A stretch of 55,992 nt of DNA, the filler included, from Streblomastix strix (Eukaryota), in the NCBI GenBank assembly GCA_008636045.1. It is 3 parts of 3 records of this genome, joined end to end, with 100 filler letters (N's around TTAATTAATTAA, not from the genome) between each part and the next. Parts side by side here need not be neighbours in the genome. Positions count along the whole stretch, not along the records: positions 37,425 to 55,992 come from SNRW01000594.1; 2 more parts are not named here. One strand, 5' to 3'. Below the pieces are notes generated by a model. That model was not told where the DNA came from. It searched no databases and worked only from the letters and a program-made list of their open reading frames with translations. Made by a program: the position numbers and the translations under genes. Below, piece after piece: positions 38,739 through 49,067 of the stretch; positions within the stretch are counted from its first letter, which is position 1, and each line of letters begins with the position of its first letter.

Positions 38739-40736
38739 ATGATAATGGCTCCTCAGAAGAGGGATGAAAGGATTGGAGAATTAATATATAAAGAGAAAGC
38801 AGATGGAATGGGAGGAAAGACTAAAAGATTTAAGTAAATATGGGAATAAGTAGGGAAAGGAGAATTCATAAATACTGGATTTTATCCGAGATTTAAAGAC
38901 TATAATAGCTAGTAAAGACTAGAGGAAAATAGAATGATAATCCCGTTTAAGGGAACATAAGAAGAAAAGAAAGCATATCAAGAAATGTTGAGAGAGGAAT
39001 TGGAAGAAAAAATAGTAGTGCCGATTCAATAAGACTAAGTTAAATGGTGGAATCGCACATTCCTAATAAAGAAACCCAACGGAACATGGAGAAAGATTCT
39101 GGATGCGAGTAAGTTGAATAAAGAAATAGAGAAATTACATTTCAAAATGCATGGACTAGAGGAAGTACAATACCTAGCAAACTAAATGGATTATGCAACA
39201 TCTCTCGATCTTAAATCAGCATTTCACCACATCACAGTATCTCCAAACTCAATACCATACCTAGTATTAAATTTTAATAATAATAATTACGCATATTAAG
39301 CAATGCCATTTGGAACTAAACATAGCCCAATCTTCTTCGCAGAGGCAATAGAATCAATCCTGAGATAAATAAGAATACACTCAGAAATTAAAATACTGAA
39401 CTATTGTGACGATATACTGTTAATCCATTAAGATAAATAAATACTTAAAACATAAACAATGGAAATAATGAAGACATTGGAATAGTTCGGATGGACAGTC
39501 TCAATGGATAAATGCGAAACAGAACCGAAATAAATAATAACATTCCTGGGATGGATATGGAACTTGAAAGAGATGAATATAGGAATGTCAGAAGAGAGAA
39601 AGTCAAAGATGATATAGGAATTGAAAGACTGGTGTAATACAATATATAAGAACAAGAACGTAAAGATAAGATAATTAGCAGCATTGATTGGTAGACTGAA
39701 CTTCCTGAGACCCCAGATAAAGGAGGCGTCGCTGTACCTAATAGAATTGGACAAAGCGAAAACACCAGCATTAAAGACAGGATCATGGGATGGAATAATG
39801 ATTGTGAATAGAGTAGTAATCAAGGAATTGAAATGGTGAATAAGGAGAATAGGGGATAACCAATCATAATCACTGATTCACAGAACAATAACATGCATGC
39901 TAACAACGGACGCATCACCATAAGGCTGGGGAGCGACGCTAATATATGAGAACCAGATAGAACTGTTACAACACGACTGTTGGAGCGAAAAGGAAGCGGA
40001 AATGGTAAGCAACGCTAAAGAAATAAAAGCTATTTATTACGGGCTACTACGTTTCGAGCAAGTCTTCAAGAAGATGCGAGATCAGGCAATCTTGATACGT
40101 TCCGACAACACAACAGCAGTCTACGATATTGGGAAATGGAAAGCGAAGGAATTTCTGACAGAAAAAATATAGCAGGTATTTTATCTAGTCAAGAGACTTA
40201 AACTACAAATTACAACAATCCACATTCCAGGAAAACTGAACTCAACAACAGACTCACTCTCGAGACTATGCAGATCGGGAGATTACGCACAGAAGGACGG
40301 AATGATTTAAATGATTTGCAGGACATGGAACTACATGCCACAGATAGACATATTCGCAATACAATATAACAAACTAATTAACAACTACATAACAGTGGAT
40401 TTCAACGATCTGGGGACACACTTCCATAACGCGTTCAACTACAAATGGAGTAAAGTTAAATTATACATCCATCCACCAATACCAGTATTAAGTAGAGTAT
40501 TACAGAAGATGAAACAAGATAAAGCACAGGGAATAGTAATAGCACCGATTTGGCCGGGACAATCGTGGTACACCAAACTAAAGAATTTATCCACCAAATT
40601 CCTTTTCCTTGGACAAGCAGATAAGATCCTGGAGATGGGACAGAGAATGAAAGACAATGATCAAAAACTTCCACCAGGCAATGTGGGCGCCTTCCTTTTG
40701 GACCTGTCGCAGACGTTGGAAGAGACTTACTAATGA
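38739..40736 (+). pseudogene. pol: pol: reverse transcriptase + RNase H + adenine-methyltransferase-like domain
   Basis: WRKILDASKLN, LDLKSAFHHI, MPFG..SP, YCDD; RNase H TDAS..GWGA, E, SDN, HIPGKLN..DSLSR; MTase-like IDIFA...YIHPP...APIWPGQSWY. One in-frame TGA at 39837. Confidence 0.93.
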
Positions 40737-41800
40737 GATGTATGAAGATAAGAGGATTCTATGAAGATGGAGTTAACTTACTATTTAAAGGATAAAGATT
40801 TAATACAGTTAAGAGAGATTTTTATTCCCTAGCACTATTACAGGATTGGTTGGATATAGAAAGAATAACAATTGAAGAAATGATGAAGAAAGATGCAGAA
40901 GTAATATTAACTGAAGTAATCGCTTTCGATACAAGATAAAACAACTCAGTCGCATCAGCTAAATCACATAAAGCCTGCATAACTACAATGCTATCTCTAA
41001 TATATAAAGAGAATTTAGCAACCTCAACAATTTCAAAACTAATTAATAAAGCACTGGCAAATGCAACAATACCACACAGATGATATTAAAACATCTGGAA
41101 CATCTAAATACTATTTAACCATTGGAGAGAATCAAAACAAAACAAATATTTAAACAGTTATGACTTATAAGTTAAGATATCCTCCTTACTGATGTCAGTA
41201 TGCTTCTTCAGACCAAACGAAATAGCTGAAATAAGACTGAAATTCTCGAATGTTGACAAAACAGAGAATCAAGCATCACTAAGACTAGCACCAAAACATG
41301 CAAATGCAATCGAAACATATGAAGTATATGATACAGATAATGAAAGCTTGAGTCCAAAGCTAGCAATATATGAATGGATTGACGGACTAAAGAAACAATT
41401 TTCAAAAGGTACAGACTTTTTATTGTGACATAAAGGGTTTAATAAACCAACAACTACAAAAGATATCAGTCTACAACTTACAAAACTATTAAGAGAACTG
41501 AAGATAATAGGAGCATCAGTGTATTCAATACAACACTCAGCAACAACAGAACTTGCAAAGTTAGGTATTCCTGAAAGAGATCTCGCTACCTTTACTCATC
41601 ACTCCTAAAACTCACGTACAGTTCAACAATATTATATCTTCGCATCGTCAATAAGAGCAAACGAAATAGCTAGGTAATTAACAAATAATCCAGGCCATGA
41701 TAATGAAAGGTTAAACTAGGTATCTCAATAAAGAGGTGAGATAAGGAGAGAAGGGGGTAACCAATTATTATCCTCGTCTCCCTTGGAGACAAGGTAATGA
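40733..41800 (+). pseudogene. Tyrosine recombinase
   Basis: FRPNEI, YSIQHSATT (expected R lost), FTHHSQNSRTVQQYY. In-frame TGAs at about 41081 and 41426. Confidence 0.88.
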
Positions 41801-41832
41801 TTTGTTATCCCCGTATCTCCTAATCTCACCTC
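41719..41832. repeat. DIRS internal complementary region (ICR) / 100-nt hairpin
   Basis: 41719-41746 repeats 42643-42670 directly; 41798-41832 is the reverse complement of 42657-42691; 41733-41832 folds back on itself. Confidence 0.85.
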
Positions 41833-42642
41833 TGGGCCACCCAAAATATGTATCCGAACCCGAGGTGAAATAGAAATAAGGAGAGAATTCCCTAGAGAAC
41901 TGAAGGATCGAACAAGCGGAATGATGCTGAAGGTGCGCTGGAGCGCATGGAATGATAATGCTGAGATAAGGACACTACCTTGTCAAAGTTTGATATGATT
42001 GATATAACGAATTATCGATAAAGAGATGTTGTCAACGAGTTGCATCGACGAATATGAAGAAGAAATACACAGATGAGTGAAATTAAACCAATCCTTAAGG
42101 AATGATCAAACAGTTAATGAAGAATCAACGCATTTAATTTAATATTTTAACAGTTTAACAATTATTTTATACTTATACCATTATTCCCTGAGGTTTTTCT
42201 ATGAGATTCTATATTTTCTTTTCCTCTTGAGAGCAGTTAAACTATTAATTTATTAATTTTATTGGGGTTTTTTTTTACTCTTAGTTATTTATTTTCTCCA
42301 CGAGAGAAGTTTTTTCAATACAATTTTTTACTCTCAGTTTAGTTTTTTTCTAAAATTTTTACTAAATTTATATATATATTTAACTGCGTTTTTTATTAAC
42401 GTTAATCATTATTTTTCCCAGAGGGTTTTTATTATTTAATTTTTTCCCACTCTGACTATTATATTTTTTAATTTCTTCTTGTCTTGCCTCGTCTTGCCGA
42501 ACTCTCTTTACCGAGACTCGGATGTAATTTTATATTACTTTTGTAAAGTTGTTGTTTTCTTTTTTGAATTCTTTGCCACATCAAATAGGCCAACCCATAG
42601 GTCGGATTCCTGTACACGAACCGACCGTATTGGAGCCACAAT

Positions 42643-42691
42643 GGTATCTCAATAAAGAGGTGAGATAAGGTGATACGGGGATAACAAATCA
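42643..42691 (+). repeat. DIRS right terminal repeat end
   Basis: GGTATCTCAATAAAGAGGTGAGATAAGGTGATACGGGGATAACAAATCA matches both ICR halves. Confidence 0.8.
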
Positions 42692-42819
42692 ATATTTCTT
42701 TATTGATTGTTTATTTTTTGATACAATTTTAAAAATTTGATATGATACTTAATTTAGCATATAATTAAACTTAATATAAAACATTTAAAAAATTCCTCTA
42801 GCTAATTAATCTAATCAAT

Positions 42820-43607
42820 TTAAAAATTTATTTTCTCAATCTAAATTCGTCGTGTTCATATAAGCGATTCCATCAGGATCGGTGGATGCTATGATTATTG
42901 CATCTGCACAGATTTCTTCATTTCTATCAATAATATTGAATAAATATATTAATTGAATGAGATTAATTAAAATAAAAAATATTATTTGAATTATTCTAAT
43001 ATTTATTTATTAATTTATTTAATTAAATATAATAATAATAATACCCTTTAAGCACAAGAACATCTCCAATTTGGATCTTGTAGGTCTCAATCTATTCAAA
43101 CTCTTTCCCACGAAACATACAAACAGCTTTTCTATTCATAATTCGGTCTGCTTTGTGTCTTCTTAGATCTTTAATTCCATCTTTCTGAATACCAATCCCT
43201 ATTACAAGTCCAACTGGAATAATCGCTGTTACTGGAGAGAATACACCTACTCCTGGTCTGTTAATGTATAGTCAATATAATAAAATAAAATATAATTAAT
43301 ATAAATATAATTAAAATAAATAAATAAACGAATAAAATATTAATATTAAATGAAAAATATTTTCAAACAGTAAATTCATTATCATTTGGAATAGGAAGTT
43401 GAAGTTAGATACTCGTCGAAGCTTTTCGAATATCGCAACTGGAAGGAAATTCCACCATATGCATTTCGCAGTATGAACAGTGTTATCTGTAAATTATGTC
43501 TCGTTTTCACGATCAAAGATTTGGAATTTGCGTCCAAATGGCGAAGTTGCACTACTATTAGAATCTTGTTTAACAGTTTATGATTCTTTGGTATTTGACT
43601 GAGACAT
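42820..43607 (-). pseudogene. P4-ATPase (phospholipid flippase) 5' fragment, 3 exons
   Basis: FTDNTVHTAK..WNFLP...RRVSNF, KDLRRHKADRIMN, IQIGDV, EEICADAII, YMNTTNLD*EN (canonical NLDGETNLK). Truncated. Confidence 0.85.
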
Positions 43608-44672
43608 GTCTAAATATTGCAAAAAAGCAAAAATTATTATTATTATTAAATTACTATGTGAAAGAAATTCCAGAAAACAATAAAAAAAATTAATTAGCAA
43701 TTAGTTTCGAATAATTATATTAAAATTAATATTTAAATACAAATATAAGCAAACAATCAAAATCAATATGGAAAAATTAATATTAAAATATTTAAAATTA
43801 ATATTTTATAGAAGATAAATTTGATTTTAAATTGACAGAAATTCAACCATCTTTAAAAAAAAATATTCAAAGTTCAAATTTAAGAAATAATATATTTTAA
43901 AACCGCAAAATAACGCGAATATTTAAAATTTAAACATATTAATGAAAAATATAATTGTTTTCAAGAGCATAACTAGTTTTGCTTCTATCGTGTTCAGTAA
44001 AACGATTTTTGATGCAAATTATTAAAATATTACTAATAAAAAAGCATTCTTTTCAGATATAGTTAAATTATATCTGAATATAAGTTAAATCTCAAGATAT
44101 CCAAACAGCAAAATTTTATTCAGATTAATCAATTATCTGAGTAGTATAGTAAGAAGAAGTTTGCCGTAACTTCAAAATCATATTAATCCATATCAATTTG
44201 CCCGCGATTATTGAATCTGCGTGACAAATTGATTTTTTTTAATATGATTTTTAAACTTACAGCAATCAATCTTCATAAAATATATATGACAATCCATATT
44301 ATCAATCCTGCGTGCAGATTCTGAGGATTAATCTTAAAAATTAACGCAACGATAAACGTTGCGGATTAATTATATGTTTTGTCATATATATGAACGATAC
44401 AAATTATTCAAGCGCCTGTTCTTAATTTATAATTAAAAAATATAAAGATTAAACCAATAAAGTTGGTCTTTTTAATAAATTGTGCGGCGTAGCGTAAAGG
44501 ATTGTTTGTTAGGTTTAATTTTTGGGGTAATATTTTATAAAAATGTGTTTGAGTAATAATTCAAAGAATTACTGAATAAAAATTTACGTTTTTCGATTAA
44601 GGCAATTTTAATTAGCGTTATGGGGTCGAGATAAATCTGTTCGCTTATATGAATGATTTATTAATAAAATAA

Positions 44673-45830
44673 ATGTAAAAATATATTATATAATTTATAG
44701 ATGATAAAGCGTTTAAAGTCTAAAAATAAAATTAGTGGATTTCATTAAAAATTTGAATTTTGTATTTAAAAAGTTATTCAACATAAATAATTTGGGTGAA
44801 TAATTTGAAGATAAATCTATTTCTTAATGGTATAAGATTTATCTCGATAATTTTTAAAAGTATAATGCAGAACGAATAAAGTAGAACGTTAAACCTTAAA
44901 AACCAAAGGTTTAATAGGATCGATAAAAAATTAAGAATTCATTTAGAAGTAAAGTTAAAAATAAAACCGATATTGTTTAAGACATTAAATTGAAACCATT
45001 AAAGAAGTATTAACGTCCCTACTTCTCACCTGAGTTAGGGAGCTGGGAAATAGATATTATATTTATAATGCATCCAACAATTAATAAAGTAATTCAATAA
45101 TATCTATTTTGCACTAACATTAATACTAAATTCCTAGTAGAATTTCCAATTAAAGATAAATCAGCAAAAATGAACTATTAAAGTGTATTAAATAATTAAA
45201 ATCTAAGTAACTTGTTTCTAATATTAGATCAGATGGTGAATCTGCGTTAGGTAGTAAATAAGTTAAGGATTATTTGAAAGAGAACGACATAAACTTCTTC
45301 TATAATTCATCCCCATTCGTTAATAAAAATAGAGTAGTTGATTCGGTAGTTAGAACGATAAGGAATGCATTTGAAAAAGATCCTTAACAAATGTCTAATA
45401 ACAAGCAATTATTATAAATAGTTGATGATTATAATAACACAAAGCACTCTGCTTTTAAATAGAAATTCTCTCCTAAATAAGTAAATGAGAATGAAGATTT
45501 AGAAGGAATATACATTAGATAAAAAATGAAGGAATTAGCTGATGCAAAAGAATTACAATACAAGAATAATCTATAGGATCTAAAGAAAGGTAGTATAATA
45601 ACTATACATCTTGATTTGAAAAAGACTGCACACGGATTTGAGAAATAACGTAGACAATTTAATGAAATAGCTACATTTATAAAATATGAGCTTGGAAATG
45701 TTGTTTGTGAGCTATTGAAACCATACAACGATATTAAGATTGTTGAAGTACCAATTTATTATACTCATAAGGTCACAAACAATATTGAAACATTAAAAAA
45801 TAAATGTAAGAGAACTTTTAATTAGTTTGA
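44673..45830 (+). pseudogene. int: Retroviral-type (rve) integrase
   Basis: GSWEIDI (D1), IRSDGE (D2, 45232), RVVDSVVRTIRN (third residue, 45340), YNNTKHSAF..FSP. Two frameshifts. Confidence 0.85.
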
Positions 45831-45850
45831 TATTTTTTTTAGATAAATAA

Positions 45851-46102
45851 ATGGATAAAGAAAACTTAAAACTTACTTAAAAGGTTGGAAGACCGAAGAA
45901 ATATTTTACTGAATAGGAAGCGTAAGAAATGGCTAAGAAATAACGTGGTGAAGCTAAGAAGAGATAACGTTTAAAGTAAAAATAATTTAAAGAATAACTC
46001 TCTATTTAGCAAACAATAATAATAGACACATTAAATAAAAAAATATTATCAGATGATATTTTAGAGTAAATTTCTAAATTAATCGAAGATCAAAATCTAT
46101 GA
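45851..46102 (+). CDS. Small basic AT-hook-like DNA-binding protein (83 aa)
   Basis: KVGRPKKYFTEQEA followed by a basic helix. Confidence 0.7.
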
Positions 46103-46107
46103 TCATT

Positions 46108-47129
46108 TCATTTCTTTTTCCTCCAAGTTTATTTTTAAGCTATTCTTATGCTTTAACTGATGCGATGATTCGTTTGGTTGCAACTTTATGTGTTTTAGGT
46201 CTGTCCATATTTAATCGTTCTTCCTTTGATAACAGTACTTTACGTTATCTAGCGTTTAACGCTCCCTAATCAGTAACATTATAATCAACTACTTTATGTG
46301 GCTCATTAGGATATTTTCCATACCATTGATGCACTGGTTTTTATCCCCAATCTAATCCTCCAATATATTATAGATCTTTGTTTATTTCTTTACTATCTTA
46401 AATGAGTTATTTTTACTATTAATTTTATACTTTCTCTTAAGCAATATCTTACTAAAGAGAATTAGTTTATTATGCAAAATCGGTGAATTAATCTGTATCT
46501 GTTTCGAATGGATTAAAGAAGCTATTTTAAGGCTTTTCTTACCATCGATTATATCCTCCAAATTTTTCCATTCTTTCATCTTCACTATCATATATACTTG
46601 GGTCAGGTGCTGATGGTTCTATCTTCGAACTAACATCATGTGATGATTAATTAAAACTATCATTAATATTTTGATTAGTATCAGTATCCGCTTATTACGT
46701 AAGTTGTTATTATTATGGAACTAGATATTGGTTTATCATCTATTAAGCTTCTACATTACTTTCTATTAGATCATTAGGATCATATCCTCCATATTGCCGT
46801 TTTTATCTAACTCCACCTTTATATCCTTATATTTCTGCATCAGCTTCTTATCTCGAAATACTTAGATCAACTTCAATAATTTAATCCACAATCTTTTCAT
46901 ATTAATTTCTAAGTAATTTTTTATTAACATTTTCTAGCTATCCAATATTATATAGAACTTAAAGTACTTTACGTACTTATCTTGAATCAATGATCTATTA
47001 TTTATGTTCATACTTTTATTTTAATTACATATATTCATATATATCTGATGCATGTGGTTAAGTATTTGGTCTTCCTGCTTTCTTTGGCTTTGAACCTGCT
47101 GACTTAGCTCATTTAACTTATCTTTACAT
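46108..47129 (-). pseudogene. Core-like protein with repeated Gly-Gly sites
   Basis: Basic N-terminus (KPKKAGRP); YKGGV, QYGGY, KFGGY, NIGGL, KLGGK. TGA at codon 7; possible frameshift and uncertain 3' end. Confidence 0.55.
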
Positions 47130-47289
47130 TTTAATTGTAGATAATTAGTATTTTAGTAATAAACAAATGGAAACTAAATAATAGCTCAATAAATGTAATC
47201 CGATATGTTGTGACATTCTAATTATCATTTCAAGCATTTTGTTAATAATTACTTTATTGAAATGATATTATTTTTTCTAGATTAAAAGT

Positions 47290-47514
47290 ATGGCAAAAAT
47301 AAATTGTGAAGAATTTATGACTTACTCAGCGTTTTTGAGCTAACTTATATCGCGGGCAACAAAAAATGTTCCCGAGATTTTATTGAGATTTATATTAAGA
47401 TAATACAATAAACGTCTTAAGATGGAACAGTTAAAAGAAATTGTTTAAGTGGTTTCAGAGAGCAGCTAATCAGCGGTAATGAAATTGATATAATATTTAA
47501 ACGAAAAATCTTGA
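47290..47514 (+). CDS. Viral hypothetical protein (74 aa)
   Basis: Open ORF MAKINCEEF...LNEKS*. Confidence 0.5.
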
Positions 47515-47560
47515 GTTTATTTTTAGCAACTATGTTGCCATAAACTTTTTTTATATTGAA

Positions 47561-49033
47561 ATGACTAGCATCGGCTTACAGATTATAAACTCAGATTCAG
47601 ATAAGGATTATGTAACATGGCAAACGACTATCCCAAGTGGAAGTTAAAGCTTTCAAGTTAATAGTATCAATAACATTCCAATTAATTTGACATATTATTT
47701 GAACAATGATTACATAGAAATGTAGCATAATATTGTATCAACTGGTTCAAGAAAAATCTATTTCTAATAGTAGATTGGAGAGGATCAGTTTCATTGTTAA
47801 TTGCTAGATAGATTATCTCCAATACGTATTAGTTTGAATACAGCTTATAATAATGCTTATAATAGTGATCAAACAATATAGGGCTATAAATATAATCCAT
47901 AATTACTATTCCTAACACTGACATAATATGATAATTTTACAGATACAATTGAGAAATATTTTAGGACATAATCAACTTTGAATAATGGAGCGATATGCTT
48001 TAGTAATGCAATTAACAAGCATGTCTAAAAATTATAGAATAATATGTTCTCATTAAACTAGAATTATGGATAAGATTTAGTGAATTCAGCTATCGATTAC
48101 ATTAACCTTAGAATTGATGCATTTCTATATCATTACTGGATCTTAGATTCCACAGTTAGTGAGTTATATCGAATGATAGGATTAATACGATTATATTGTC
48201 CTACATGAAATAACTATATAACATCAATTGAACCTAAATATTTTACATAAGGTAACGGATTATCAATAAGGTACCTATTCGGTAAGTAAGTTGACATAAA
48301 TGCTAATTGTACATTTACTACATCTGATTCTTAACCAATTAATGTATAACAATTAACAATGTAGTAAGTCATTAATAATATTAACACATTTCCAATAAGA
48401 ATTATCAATTCATTACCAGCATTTAGTATTGTTGAATGGTAAAATATTTATACAGCAGTTGGAAGAACTAATTATTATGGACAATTTATACCATAAGTTG
48501 TGACTGATTATTGTTAATAAAATAACCTTTATTGGTTCGCTAATCGTATACTTTTATCTCCAAATCTATACGTACAATTAGTTGGTGGATAAGATCTTTA
48601 TGATGGATAGAACGAGAATTGAGCCAATTAATTGGTTAATTTATCATCAGCTATTAAGTAAATTGATCTCGAAGTATGGTTCTATTAAACTAACCATGAT
48701 AGTTAAAACTTAGAAGTTGATCTTCCAATATTCTGTCCATACATTGGAAATTTTCTAGAGTACCCATAAATGTTGATTATTTGCGTATCTAATTAATTTT
48801 AAGGAATAACTCTTTAATCAATAGGAGGTAATGGATTCTCAAACGTATGCTTTAAATAGAATTTGGTTGATGCACCAGTATTATGGGGATAGAATATGAT
48901 GAGTCAGTAATGTCTTGTGGGATAGAACAAATCGTTAGTCTTTACATTATACGATAACTTTGGAAGGAAGATACCGATGTAAAATATGGATATGTATAAT
49001 AATAATTTACTTCTAGAGATACAATTTTAATGA
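47561..49033 (+). pseudogene. Putative minor capsid (penton) protein
   Basis: C-terminal LVFTLYDNFGRKIPM.N....LLLEIQF matches the pattern of Polinton/PLV penton C-termini (hxLxDxxGxxI). N-terminal half homologous to 5421-6136. Frameshifts and two TGAs. Confidence 0.7.
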
Positions 49034-49067
49034 GCTGTCTAAATAATTTATTTTTATTTTAATCAAA

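Larger units (their letters stand above)
37425..42691 (+). mobile_element. DIRS-type tyrosine-recombinase retrotransposon (5' end cut by the contig edge)
   Basis: ORF1, then RT-RNaseH-MTase, then YR, an internal complementary region and a matching 3' terminus ending ...GGGGATAACAAATCA. Confidence 0.93.

Noticed and set aside
39837..39839. In-frame TGAs as Trp/Sec recoding or programmed readthrough
   Set aside because: TGAs fall at expected Trp (KW*I), Gly (NLD*E, PT*NN), Arg and Gln positions and co-occur with frameshifts, which fits decay rather than recoding.
39428..41405. Minus-strand ORFs over the DIRS pol and YR
   Set aside because: Antisense to well-supported genes and without motifs.
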